In this document: positions 43,982 to 54,311 of the stretch, one piece after another
How the letters are laid out: every line of letters starts with the position of its first letter
How positions within the stretch are numbered: the first letter of the stretch is position 1
DNA from: Buchnera aphidicola (Nurudea shiraii)
Lineage (GTDB): Bacteria > Pseudomonadota > Gammaproteobacteria > Enterobacterales > Enterobacteriaceae
Direction: 5' to 3'
Length of the DNA: 64,000 bases
Assembly: GCA_039829955.1 (NCBI GenBank)
Contig: CP140035.1
Location: 18,935-82,934 of the forward strand
The notes under the pieces: generated by a model
Databases searched by the model: none
What the model was told of the DNA's origin: nothing
Seen by the model: only the letters and a program-made list of their open reading frames with translations
Program-made: the position numbers and the translations under genes

Positions 43982-45700
43982 TTAACTTTGTATAATAAAT
44001 TCATTAATAATTTTTGTTATTTCTTTAGATGTTGATTGAGATAAAACACGTTTTGCTAGGTATGTAGTATCTTCGAAATTGGTTTTTCGAATTATATTTT
44101 TAATTTTTGGAATTGTAGATGCACTCATACTAAATTTGTCTAAACCCATTCCGAGTAACATAGCTGTAGCTTTTTCATCACCAGCTAATTCTCCGCACAT
44201 ACTTGTCCATTTTCCAGCGTTGTGTGAAGCATTAATAACTCTCTGAATTAAGTTTAATACTGCAGGATTCATAGGATTATATAAATTTGAAATTAAATCG
44301 TTTCCTCTGTCGACAGCTAAAGTATATTGTGTCAAATCATTACTTCCAATGCTGAAAAAATCAACTTCTTTTGCCAAATGTTGTGATATTATTGCAGAGG
44401 CCGGAGTTTCTATCATTATGCCTATTTCTATTTTAGAATCGAATGGTATTCTTTTATTTTTTAATTTGAATTGTAATTTTTTAAGTTCTTCTTTTAAATT
44501 TTGTATTTCTTCTACGGAGATAATCATGGGAAACATAATTTTTAATTTTCCAAAAGCAGATGCTCTTAACACTGCTGTGAGTTGAGCATGTAAAATTTCT
44601 TTTTTATCCATTGCTATGCGTATAGCTCTCCAACCTAAAAATGGGTTATCTTCTTTTGGAACATTCATATATGATAAATTTTTATCGCCTCCTATATCCA
44701 TGGTTCGTATAATTACAGATTTGTTTTGCATTTTTTTTGCTACAATTTGATACGCATTAAATTGTTCTTCTTCACTAGGAAAAGAATTTCTATTCATAAA
44801 CAAGAATTCTGTTCGATATAATCCAATGCATTCGGCTCCATGTTTTTTAACATTTACAATATCATCGATTGTTCCTATATTAGCTCCAATTTCTACACGA
44901 TGACCATCTACTGTAATTGCATGTAAATATTTTAATTTTTTTAGCTTATTTTTTTTATATTCGTATTCTTTTTTTGCTTTTTTAATTTCTTGAACTTTAG
45001 AAAAGTGTGGATTAATAAATATAATATTATTAACTCCATCTAATATTAAAAAATCGTTGTTTTTTACTTTTTGTGTTATATTTTCAGTTCCGACGATAGC
45101 TGGTATTTCTAAAGATCTAGCTATAATAGAGGTATGTGAAGTTTTTCCTCCTAAGTCTGTAACAAATCCTAGTATTTTATTTGGATTTATTTGGGCGGTT
45201 TCTGAAGGTGTTAAATCTTTGGCAATTAAAATGACAGGATTTTGAATATAACTGAGATCGATGACACTTAAGTTAAGAATATTTTTAATCAATCTGTTAC
45301 CAATGTCTCTTATGTCTATTGCTCTATTTTTTAGGTATTCATCGTCTAATTTTTCTAATATTTTAATTTGTTTTTCTATTACAATTTGAGTGGCATATTC
45401 TGCTGATAAATTTTTATTTTTAATTAAAGATAGTACATTTTTTTTTAATTCTTCATCATCAATTAGCATAATATGTGCTTCAAAAATATCTTGTTTATTG
45501 TTTTTAAAAGTTTTTCCAATTTGATTTTTTATGATTTGAAGTTGATTTATAGTTTTGCTTTTTCCTTTTGAAAATTTTTCAATTTCTTGACATATTTTGT
45601 CACATTTAATTTTATTTTTGTTAATAAAAATTTTTTCTTCTTGTAGTAGTAGTACATTACCAAATGCAATTCCTGGTGATGCTAAAATTCCTGAAATCAT
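43982..45700 (-). CDS. ptsI: PTS enzyme I
   Basis: 572 aa; [14 protein letters not shown], phospho-His region [19 protein letters not shown]-terminal PEP-utilising domain ([17 protein letters not shown]). Confidence 0.97.
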   Translation of the reverse strand: MISGILASPGIAFGNVLLLQEEKIFINKNKIKCDKICQEIEKFSKGKSKTINQLQIIKNQIGKTFKNNKQDIFEAHIMLIDDEELKKNVLSLIKNKNLSAEYATQIVIEKQIKILEKLDDEYLKNRAIDIRDIGNRLIKNILNLSVIDLSYIQNPVILIAKDLTPSETAQINPNKILGFVTDLGGKTSHTSIIARSLEIPAIVGTENITQKVKNNDFLILDGVNNIIFINPHFSKVQEIKKAKKEYEYKKNKLKKLKYLHAITVDGHRVEIGANIGTIDDIVNVKKHGAECIGLYRTEFLFMNRNSFPSEEEQFNAYQIVAKKMQNKSVIIRTMDIGGDKNLSYMNVPKEDNPFLGWRAIRIAMDKKEILHAQLTAVLRASAFGKLKIMFPMIISVEEIQNLKEELKKLQFKLKNKRIPFDSKIEIGIMIETPASAIISQHLAKEVDFFSIGSNDLTQYTLAVDRGNDLISNLYNPMNPAVLNLIQRVINASHNAGKWTSMCGELAGDEKATAMLLGMGLDKFSMSASTIPKIKNIIRKTNFEDTTYLAKRVLSQSTSKEITKIINEFIIQS

Positions 45701-45787
45701 AATATTACCCTTAATATAACAATATTTTATATTTATAATAGTTATTTATTGGTCTCAGGTAATATTATATTAATCATTATATGTTAT

Positions 45788-45811
45788 CCGGAAGTATTAT
45801 TGTACTTCCGG
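45788..45811 (-). other. GC-containing hairpin in the ptsH-ptsI spacer
   Basis: Perfect 9-bp stem CCGGAAGTA / TACTTCCGG with a 6-nt loop, in a 158-nt AT-rich spacer. No T run follows on either strand. Confidence 0.45.
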
Positions 45812-45858
45812 TAAAGTTATACTGTGAATAATATTTAATATTTTAAGACATAAATATT

Positions 45859-46116
45859 TTATTTAAGCGTTTTTATAAATTTTTCTAAGTTTTCTACTGC
45901 TAATTTTTCGTCTATACCGTTTGCTGAAATTGTAATGAGACTATTTTTTACTAAACCTAATGTTTGTAATTTAAATAAACTTTTTGCATTTACAGATTTT
46001 CCATTCGAGGTAATAAAAATTTCTGAAATAAATTTTTGTGCTTCTTTTACTAAAAGTGCAGCTGGACGTATATGTAATCCATGAGGATTATTAATTGTAA
46101 CTTCTTTTTGAAACAT
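45859..46116 (-). CDS. ptsH: Phosphocarrier protein HPr
   Basis: 85 aa from ATG 46116: [29 protein letters not shown]... matches E. coli [35 protein letters not shown] lies just upstream. Confidence 0.96.
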   Translation of the reverse strand: MFQKEVTINNPHGLHIRPAALLVKEAQKFISEIFITSNGKSVNAKSLFKLQTLGLVKNSLITISANGIDEKLAVENLEKFIKTLK

Positions 46117-46875
46117 TTTTCTCCTTGATTTCATGTTATCTTTATTAAATAAAATTAGTATATAACATTGTAAGTATTTTATTGATTTAGTTACACATAA
46201 ATGCGTTGTTTGTAGATGTAGTTAAGTTAATAATAATTTTTTTATTTTCATTTGTCATTAAGTATTAATTAATATTAATTAAAAGTTATTTATTATATGA
46301 ACGTTTATTTGAAATTATATAATATAATTCATTAGATTATATCATTCATAACAAGAATGTTTTTTAAAAAGATTTCAATTTTAATTATGTTTATATAAAA
46401 ATAATATTTTAAAATTAATAGCATAATTATTATAAATTTTAAAGTTTCATAATATGATTTATGAACATAGCTTGTTATTTATTTTTGTTTTGAATTTTAG
46501 ATTAGATATAGTTTTGAACTTTGTGATTTGAAACAGTTGAGAAAATTATCTATTTTATTGTTTGAAATTTTATATTTATTATTTTAAGCGGATATAATGC
46601 ATCGTGTTGAACAATAATTATATATAATTTTCTACAATAAGTGAGTTATTTAAAATGTTTATTTTTATAAATAACTTTGTTTTTAATATATTTAAAATAT
46701 TAAAATGTAAATGTCATGTTAAATAAAAGGATATTTTCTCGAGAGTTTTTGCTTTAAATTTTATTAAGTTTTTCATAGTAATATAAAACATAAATTTTAA
46801 ATTTGAATATTTTGAGTATTTCAAAATTTAAATTCATCAATAGTTTTTATATTTTAGATATTTTAATGGGTTTGT

Positions 46876-48897
46876 ATGATATTTATTAAAAGTTATATAT
46901 TAAAATTACGAGAAAAAATTCGTTATTATAATTATTTGTATTATTCTTTTAGTTCGCAAAAAATTTCTGATTGCAGATACGATTATTTAATGAAAAAACT
47001 TCGTTATTTGGAAAATAAATATAAACATTTTTTATTTATGAAAGATTCTCCAACTTTTCAAGTAGGTTCTTTGTGTGCTTCTGATTTAAAAACATATAAA
47101 CATATTACCCCTATGTTATCTTTAAACCATGTATTTTCTATTCGAGATTATTTAAATTTTTATAAAAAAACAAAAAAAGTTTTGAAAAAACAAATAATAT
47201 GTTTCTGTTGTGAATTAAAGTTAGATGGATTAGCTTTAAATTTAGTTTATGAAAAAGGAAAATTAGTCATAGCTATGACAAGAGGAAATGGAATTTTAGG
47301 TGAAAATGTTACAGATAATGTTAAAAAAATTTTTTCTATTCCTAAAAAATTAGTTGGAAAAGATGTACCTGAAAAAATAGAAGTACGAGGAGAAGTTTTT
47401 ATGTTAAAAAACGATTTCATAAGATTAAATAATATAGCAGTTCGTAGTCAAATGAAAAAGTTTTCTAATACTAGAAATGCTTCTTCTGGATTATTGCGTC
47501 AAAAAAATTTAAAAAATATTTTTATGAATAATTTAATGTTTTGTTGCTATGGATATGGATATTGTTCTGGTAATGACGATATTTTAAATCATTATGATAA
47601 ATTACAAAAATTACATAGTTGGGGTCTTCCGATTAGTGGATATAACTGCGTATTTAATTCCAATTATGATATTTTAAATTTTTATAATAAAATTGAAAGT
47701 ATACGAAGTTTTTTAAACTTTAATATTGATGGAATAGTTATTAAGGTGAATTCTATTCCTTTGCAAAATAAGTTGGGTTATACAAGAAGAGCTCCAGTTT
47801 GGGCAATTGCATTGAAATTTTTTGATCAAGAAAAAACATCTAAAATATTAAAAATAGAATATAAAATTGGAAGAACAGGAGTGATTACTCCTATAGCAGT
47901 AGTAGATCCTATTTGTATATCTGGAGTAATAATAAGGAGGATTTCTTTATATAATTTTCATGAAATTAAAAAGTTAGGAATTCGATTAGGAGATATTGTC
48001 AAGATTAAACGTTCCGGGGATGTTATTCCTAAAATTATAAGTGTTGTACGTAATTGTTCTAATGATGTTCAAGATATTGTTTTTCCTCATTTATGTCCGT
48101 CTTGTCGATCTAAATTGAAAATATATGATAAACGTATTAAAATTCGTTGTATAAATAATTTAAAATGCAAAGAACAACTTAAGAAAACTTTATATTATTT
48201 TTGTTCTAAATCTGGATTAAATATTTTGGGATTAGGTTTTAAAACTGTTAGTAAGTTAGTAAACAAAAATTACGTTAAAAATTTCTCGGATTTTTTTAAT
48301 CTTCATGAAAATGCTTTAATTACATTAGATGAAGTTGGAAAAAAAAATGCATCTAATATTATTGATGCTATTCATAATTCTAAAAACATTACTTTTTCTA
48401 AGTTCTTATGTGCTCTTGGAATTGATGAAATAGGAACGGTAAAGTCAGATATTCTTTCTAAACATTTTTTGTCTTTAAGCAATTTGATGAATGCAACGTT
48501 TAGTGAAATTTGTTCGTTAAAAGGAATCGGTTTTATAGCATCAAGGAATATATTTAATTTTATAAATGATGAAAGTAATAAGAACGTTATTTTGAATTTA
48601 TCAAAAAGTTTAAATATATCTTCAAGTTACGATAATGTTAGTTATGTCAGAAAAAGTTCCAATCCATTTTTTAAGAAAAAAATTGTTTTTAGTGGAACGT
48701 TAAATAAGTTTTCTCGTTCCCAAGCTGTGGATATAATAAAAGAGTTAGGTGGAAACGTTATGTCCAATGTTTCGATAAAAACCGATTATATTGTTATTGG
48801 TAAAAACCCTGGATCTAAATTCTTCAAATCTAATATTTTAAATATAAAAGTAATATTAGAACAAAATTTTCTAGAGATAATCAAAAATTATTTGTAA
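46876..48897 (+). CDS. ligA: NAD-dependent DNA ligase
   Basis: 673 aa; adenylation motif CELKLDGLA, four-Cys zinc finger (CPSCRSKL...CINNLKC), HhH and C-terminal BRCT regions, collinear with E. coli LigA (671 aa). Confidence 0.95.
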   Translation: MIFIKSYILKLREKIRYYNYLYYSFSSQKISDCRYDYLMKKLRYLENKYKHFLFMKDSPTFQVGSLCASDLKTYKHITPMLSLNHVFSIRDYLNFYKKTKKVLKKQIICFCCELKLDGLALNLVYEKGKLVIAMTRGNGILGENVTDNVKKIFSIPKKLVGKDVPEKIEVRGEVFMLKNDFIRLNNIAVRSQMKKFSNTRNASSGLLRQKNLKNIFMNNLMFCCYGYGYCSGNDDILNHYDKLQKLHSWGLPISGYNCVFNSNYDILNFYNKIESIRSFLNFNIDGIVIKVNSIPLQNKLGYTRRAPVWAIALKFFDQEKTSKILKIEYKIGRTGVITPIAVVDPICISGVIIRRISLYNFHEIKKLGIRLGDIVKIKRSGDVIPKIISVVRNCSNDVQDIVFPHLCPSCRSKLKIYDKRIKIRCINNLKCKEQLKKTLYYFCSKSGLNILGLGFKTVSKLVNKNYVKNFSDFFNLHENALITLDEVGKKNASNIIDAIHNSKNITFSKFLCALGIDEIGTVKSDILSKHFLSLSNLMNATFSEICSLKGIGFIASRNIFNFINDESNKNVILNLSKSLNISSSYDNVSYVRKSSNPFFKKKIVFSGTLNKFSRSQAVDIIKELGGNVMSNVSIKTDYIVIGKNPGSKFFKSNILNIKVILEQNFLEIIKNYL

Positions 48898-48906
48898 AAT
48901 TTAAAA

Positions 48907-48979
48907 TGGGTCGTGCAGGATTTGAACCTGCGACCAATTGATTAAAAGTCAACTGCTCTACCAACTGAGCTAACGACCC
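48907..48979 (-). tRNA. tRNA-Lys (anticodon UUU)
   Basis: GGGTCGTTAGCTCAGTTGGTAGAGCAGTTGACTTTTAATCAATTGGTCGCAGGTTCAAATCCTGCACGACCCA. Loop CTTTTAA. The 3' flank is TTT, so no CCA is encoded. Confidence 0.93.
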
Positions 48980-48997
48980 TTATATAAAGTGTTTTTG

Positions 48998-49070
48998 TAG
49001 GTGATGACGGAATCGAACCGCCGACAACCTCCGTGTAAAGGAGGCGCTCTACCAACTGAGCTAATCACCT
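48998..49070 (-). tRNA. tRNA-Val (anticodon UAC)
   Basis: AGGTGATTAGCTCAGTTGGTAGAGCGCCTCCTTTACACGGAGGTTGTCGGCGGTTCGATTCCGTCATCACCTA. Loop TTTACAC. A1:U72 replaces E. coli G1:C72. No encoded CCA. Divergent from gltX, like the E. coli valU-lysV cluster. Confidence 0.92.
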
Positions 49071-49194
49071 ATATGTCATTATATATATTATTGTAAGGAA
49101 TAGAAGTACAGAGTCAATCTTTTTTTATAAAATTTGCTGTTTATTTTGTATTTTTACTTTAATTGAAATGTTTTAATATCTGTAAAGGTAAAAT

Positions 49195-50604
49195 ATGTTA
49201 GTTATAACAAGATTTGCTCCAAGTCCTACTGGTTGTTTACATATCGGAAGTGTTCGAACTGCATTATATTCTTGGTTGTTTGCTAGAAGTAACAACGGAA
49301 AATTCATTTTACGCATTGAAGATACAGATGTTAAACGTTCTACAAAAAAATCAATTTTAGAGATAATTGAGAATTTAAAATGGTTAGGATTAGATTGGGA
49401 TGAAGGTCCTTATTATCAAAGTACGAAAATTGAATATTACAAAGGTATTATTAATTCTATGATTACATCAGGATTAGCATACAGATGTTATTGTACTAAT
49501 GATAGATTAAAAATTTTAAGAAAACGTCAATTTCTGAATGGTGAAAAACCTAAATACGATAAAAAATGTAGAAATATTATATATAAAGATTATCATAATG
49601 TGGAACATGTAGTCCGATTTTGTAATCCATTAAATGGAGAAGTATCATTTTATGATGGGATTAGGGGAAAAATATCGTTTCAGAATAGTGAATTAGATGA
49701 TGTTATTATTCAAAGAACTAATGGCATTCCGACATATAATTTTTGTGCAGTAATAGATGATCGAGATATGAATATTACACATGTTATTAGAGGAGAGGAT
49801 CATATTAATAATACTCCTCGTCAAATTAATATCTTTCGTGCGTTAAATGCTAAATTTCCTAAATATTCGCATGTTTCAATGATATTAGATGTACAAGGTA
49901 AAAAATTATCTAAAAGACGAGATATAGTTGGTATATCAGAATATAAATCTCAAGGTTATCTACCAGAAGCATTGTTAAACTATATTGTAAGATTAGGATG
50001 GGCGTATAAAAATCAAGAAGTTTTTAGTATTAATGATATGAAGAAATTATTTAGAATAAAAGGAGTTAATAAATCTCCCAGTCGTTTTGATTTAAACAAA
50101 TTATTATGGTTAAATCGCATTTATATTAGAAATTCTCCTAAACATGTTGTTAAAAGATATCTTGAATATCAATTTAAAAAAGAAGGAATTGACTATTCAA
50201 ATGGATTAGATTTAATTGAACTTATAAGTTTATTAGGATTCCGGTATAGTACTTTGAAGGATATGGTTTTTCATTCTCGTTATTTTTATGATGATAATAT
50301 TGTTATAAATGAAGAATTTGCTAAAAAATATTTGACAAAATCTTCTATGACTATTTTAGAATATGTATATAGTAAAATTTCAAGTATTGAAACATGGAAT
50401 TTAGAAAATTTGTCAATGATGATACATACTATATCACATGAATTAAGTATAAATTTTAAAGAATTATCTATGCCTCTTCGTGTAGCTATTACTGGTGATA
50501 TTTTTTCACCTAGTATTCATATTGTTATATATGGTGTAGGAAAACAAAGATCTTTGTCAAGAATTCAAACTGCAATGTTGTATGTTCGAAAAAGAATATG
50601 TTAA
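49195..50604 (+). CDS. gltX: Glutamate--tRNA ligase
   Basis: 469 aa; RFAPSPTGCLHIGSVRTALYSW (HIGH motif), KLSKR (KMSKS-type motif). Confidence 0.96.
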   Translation: MLVITRFAPSPTGCLHIGSVRTALYSWLFARSNNGKFILRIEDTDVKRSTKKSILEIIENLKWLGLDWDEGPYYQSTKIEYYKGIINSMITSGLAYRCYCTNDRLKILRKRQFLNGEKPKYDKKCRNIIYKDYHNVEHVVRFCNPLNGEVSFYDGIRGKISFQNSELDDVIIQRTNGIPTYNFCAVIDDRDMNITHVIRGEDHINNTPRQINIFRALNAKFPKYSHVSMILDVQGKKLSKRRDIVGISEYKSQGYLPEALLNYIVRLGWAYKNQEVFSINDMKKLFRIKGVNKSPSRFDLNKLLWLNRIYIRNSPKHVVKRYLEYQFKKEGIDYSNGLDLIELISLLGFRYSTLKDMVFHSRYFYDDNIVINEEFAKKYLTKSSMTILEYVYSKISSIETWNLENLSMMIHTISHELSINFKELSMPLRVAITGDIFSPSIHIVIYGVGKQRSLSRIQTAMLYVRKRIC

Positions 50605-50743
50605 AAATAGTATTGATGTTTAGTTGATATCGAGAAATTTTAAAAAAGTTTTTAAAATAGCAATAATGTTATGTATAACATATTTTATGTTCATATATTT
50701 TTTAAAAATAATATCTATGTGTGTATATATTGATAAAAGTAAT

Positions 50744-50816
50744 GGGGTTATAGCTCAATAGGGAGAGCTTTTGCATGGCATGCAAACGGTTAGCGGTTCG
50801 AATCCGCTTAACTCCA
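50744..50816 (+). tRNA. tRNA-Ala (anticodon GGC)
   Basis: GGGGTTATAGCTCAATAGGGAGAGCTTTTGCATGGCATGCAAACGGTTAGCGGTTCGAATCCGCTTAACTCCA. Loop ATGGCAT. The G3:U70 identity pair is kept. The 3' flank is AAA, so no CCA is encoded. Confidence 0.92.
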
Positions 50817-51084
50817 AAATTAAAATTAGTGACAATATTTTAAAATCTATAAAATAAAAATGTTATTGTTTTGAGAATTTTTCGTATGATTTATAATTTA
50901 AGATTATTAACTATAAATTAAATAGTTGATATTATTAAAATTAATAAAACTTTTTATAAATTAATAATTTAAAATTATTTAAATATTGAATTTATGTGAA
51001 GTGTTAAATTTATAGGAATGTTTTATTAAGTTGAATACAAGAGTTCATAATTAGTAAGTTCATAAAAACAATGCCTTGTAAGTT

Positions 51085-51126
51085 CTAATATATTAAATGC
51101 TGAAATATAAACATTTAATATATTAG
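51085..51126. terminator. Hairpin between tRNA-Ala and the fliE 3' end
   Basis: Perfect 15-bp stem CTAATATATTAAATG (51085-51099) / CATTTAATATATTAG (51112-51126), 12-nt loop, 33 nt beyond the fliE stop. No clean T run follows. Confidence 0.4.
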
Positions 51127-51158
51127 TATGTATTATTGTGATTAATTTTAATTAAAAA

Positions 51159-51482
51159 CTAAATTTGCAAGTTCATCATTTCTTGACAACCTGATGTGAT
51201 CTTATTTCGAATTTGCATAAGTGCTTCTAGAGATAAAAAATTTTTTTGAAGTGTAACTAAAACATCATTTAAAGTTGAATGTGGATTGTCATTTTTTTCT
51301 AGATCTTGAGATTCATTCTCTGTTTTTTTTTGATTTAGATGAAGTAAATTAAATGCATCTTTTACATAATCTGTGAAATTTTTGGATACTTTTTTGTTAT
51401 CATCTTCAGAACGTTTTGTATGCATTAAAGAATCAAGAGCAGTTATTATTTTAATACTGTCTTCCATAGTTTCAATAAACAT
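51159..51482 (-). CDS. fliE: Flagellar hook-basal body complex protein FliE
   Basis: 107 aa; C-terminus LNDVLVTLQKNFLSLEALMQIRNKITSGCQEMMNLQI matches E. coli [37 protein letters not shown]. Confidence 0.9.
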   Translation of the reverse strand: MFIETMEDSIKIITALDSLMHTKRSEDDNKKVSKNFTDYVKDAFNLLHLNQKKTENESQDLEKNDNPHSTLNDVLVTLQKNFLSLEALMQIRNKITSGCQEMMNLQI

Positions 51483-51671
51483 TTTTTTCTCTCAAAAAAG
51501 TAATATGAATATGATGAATATTAACATAAGTTTCGACAGGATAAAACGTTTTAAATATTTTTTTGACTTATTATAAAAAATAATGTTATTAATTATTATT
51601 TTTATATAATGAATATATTTTATTAGGTATGTAGTTAGAAATTGTTAATAGTTTTTAAAGGAATATAGTTC

Positions 51672-53342
51672 ATGAATGTTGATTTGAAAAATAGTTCGAA
51701 TTTACAGAATAAAAATAAAAAAAGTCATCTTTTATCTTATTTTACATCTAATCTTCGTATTGTTATTATAATTTTTTCAATATCTTTAATAATACTATTA
51801 TATGTATTTTTTTTTAAATCTTCTAATTATCATGCTCTTTACAATAATTTATCTAAAGAGGACGAACGATTAATTATTTCTCAATTAAAAATAATGCATG
51901 TTCCTTTTAAATTTGACAATGATCATAGTATTCTTATGGTTCCAGAAGAAAAATTACAAGAAGTTAGAGTGAATTTATCTGAACAAGGACTTCCAAAAAG
52001 CAATAGTATTGGATTTGAACTATTAGATCAAGAAAAATTTGGAATTAGTCAATTTAATGAGCAAATAAACTATCAGAGAGCATTAGAAGGAGAGTTGGCT
52101 AGAAGTATACAAAAATTAAATAATATTAAAACAGCAAGAGTACATATAGCTTTTCCTAAACCTTCTTTGTTTGTACAGGATAAGAAGTTTCCTTCGGCTT
52201 CTATCATTATAGAGGTAAAACAAGATTCAGATATTGAAGTGGATCAAATAAATGCTATTTTGCATATGGTATCTTCAAGTATATCTGGATTGTCAATTGA
52301 AAATATTTCTATTATTGATCAAAAAGGGAAATTATTAAATAGTAGTGATTCGTTAAATAGTAATGTTGATAATACGAAGCTAAAATATTATGATTTAATT
52401 GAAGAACATTATAAACAGAGAATTGAAAACATTTTAATACCTTTATTAGGTTTAAATAATGTACATGCTCAAGTTACTGCACAAATTAATTTTGATAAGA
52501 AAGAAAGTACAGAAGAAAAATATAAACCAAATTATGCTAATGATAGCAAGTCTATTCGGTCTCATCAGAGTACTAAAAATATAGAATTAAATGAGAAATA
52601 TACAGATAATTCTATTTCTCCTAATTCTTTTTCTGGAAAGTTAAAGATTCTATCGGAGAAATTGTCGTCTGATTCTTATAATTCAGATAATTTTTCTTCT
52701 AAATCTTCAACACTGAAGAATGAATCTAGTAAAAATGTTAATAATTCATTAACATTACCAAAATCAAGTACTAATCAAGACTATATTGTTAATTATGAAT
52801 TAGATCGTACTATTACACGCACAAAATTACAAATGGGAGATATAAAAAGATTGTCAGTTGCTGTAGTAATAAATTATGTTCGTAATAAGAATGGAGATTG
52901 GGTATCTCTAAGTTCGAATCAGATAAAAAAAATAGAAAATTTAATTCAAGCAGCGATTGGATTTTCTTCAAAACGAGGAGACTTTATTTCTATAGATAGT
53001 GCGCTATTTGTGAAACCATCTATTTATGTTCATGAAGATGTTTCTTTTTGGAAACATTCTTTATTGTTAAATAATACATTGGAATACGGACTGATATTAG
53101 TTTTTTTAATAATGTTGTTATTATTATATAAAATATTTTTTTCCAAAAAGAATTTTCAAAAGAACAATTTACATAATGCTCATGATAAGAATGTATTCAA
53201 TAATGATAAGAAAAAATTTGATATAGAACAAGATAGTTTTAAAAAAATATTAATGGAGAAAGGGTTCGGAGATATTTCTACAAGAGATACACATGCTATA
53301 GCTATGATTATTAAAAAGTGGATGAGTGGTGATAAAAAATGA
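51672..53342 (+). CDS. fliF: Flagellar MS-ring protein FliF
   Basis: 556 aa; N-terminal TM segment, conserved QINYQRALEGELARSI..., ARVHIAFPK, second TM near the C-terminus. Divergent from fliE. Confidence 0.94.
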   Translation: MNVDLKNSSNLQNKNKKSHLLSYFTSNLRIVIIIFSISLIILLYVFFFKSSNYHALYNNLSKEDERLIISQLKIMHVPFKFDNDHSILMVPEEKLQEVRVNLSEQGLPKSNSIGFELLDQEKFGISQFNEQINYQRALEGELARSIQKLNNIKTARVHIAFPKPSLFVQDKKFPSASIIIEVKQDSDIEVDQINAILHMVSSSISGLSIENISIIDQKGKLLNSSDSLNSNVDNTKLKYYDLIEEHYKQRIENILIPLLGLNNVHAQVTAQINFDKKESTEEKYKPNYANDSKSIRSHQSTKNIELNEKYTDNSISPNSFSGKLKILSEKLSSDSYNSDNFSSKSSTLKNESSKNVNNSLTLPKSSTNQDYIVNYELDRTITRTKLQMGDIKRLSVAVVINYVRNKNGDWVSLSSNQIKKIENLIQAAIGFSSKRGDFISIDSALFVKPSIYVHEDVSFWKHSLLLNNTLEYGLILVFLIMLLLLYKIFFSKKNFQKNNLHNAHDKNVFNNDKKKFDIEQDSFKKILMEKGFGDISTRDTHAIAMIIKKWMSGDKK

Positions 53343-54292
53343 TGATTTTAAATGGTATTGAAAAAAGTGCTATTTTGTTGATTTCTATTGGAATAAATCA
53401 GGCAGTTAAAATATTAAATCAGTTATCTCATTCAGAAGTTCAATCCCTTATTAAATGTATGTTTAATTTGGGAAATGTTTCTTGTTTAGCTATTGATCAA
53501 GTGTTGTTTGAATTTAAAAAAAAATTTTCTTCTAATAATTCTACTACTTTAATAGATAAAAATTATGTCGCTTCTTTATCTAAAAAGGTATTAGGAGACA
53601 AAAATACAACAATGTTATTTAACAAGATCAAAGATAACAAAGATATTGTTTATGGGATTAAGCAATTAAATGCGATTGATTCTAAAGATATTTTTAAATT
53701 ACTCAAAGATGAACATCCTCAGATCATTACCACAATATTAATATATTTAAATAGAAATAAATCATCAGAAGTTTTATCTTATCTAGAAAAGTCATTAAGT
53801 TTTAATATTATTTCTAGAATAGTTCAATTTTCTGGTTTAACTAGATCAGGAGAGCATGAATTGGTTAAAGTTATTAATTATTTGTTAAATAATTATCAAA
53901 AAGACATATATAATAAAAAAGGGACTGAAATAGTTGTAGAATTATTAAAATTAATGACATATGATCAAGAAAAACGTATTATTAGTGAAATCGAAAAGTA
54001 TAATAAAAAATTATCAGATTTTATAAAGTCTAAAACTTTATCATTTGAAGACATTAAAAATTTTAATGATTCTTGTATTCAACATTTAGTTAAACATGCT
54101 ACTCTTGATGAATTGTTAATAGCTATGAGTACATCAAGTGAATTATTAAGAGAAAAAATTTTTAAAAATGTTTCTAAGAAAGATGCTGATTATTTACGTA
54201 ATAATCTTGCTAAAAAAAATTCTATATTACTTAATGATGTTAAAAAAATTCAAAATAATCTATTAGACATAATTAAAGGTTCTTTAAGATAA
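53339..54292 (+). CDS. fliG: Flagellar motor switch protein FliG
   Basis: 317 aa; GIEKSAILLISIG matches E. coli GTDKSVILLMTIG. ATGA overlap with the fliF stop. Confidence 0.92.
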   Translation: MMILNGIEKSAILLISIGINQAVKILNQLSHSEVQSLIKCMFNLGNVSCLAIDQVLFEFKKKFSSNNSTTLIDKNYVASLSKKVLGDKNTTMLFNKIKDNKDIVYGIKQLNAIDSKDIFKLLKDEHPQIITTILIYLNRNKSSEVLSYLEKSLSFNIISRIVQFSGLTRSGEHELVKVINYLLNNYQKDIYNKKGTEIVVELLKLMTYDQEKRIISEIEKYNKKLSDFIKSKTLSFEDIKNFNDSCIQHLVKHATLDELLIAMSTSSELLREKIFKNVSKKDADYLRNNLAKKNSILLNDVKKIQNNLLDIIKGSLR

Positions 54293-54311
54293 ATATGTAT
54301 AAGAGGTATTT

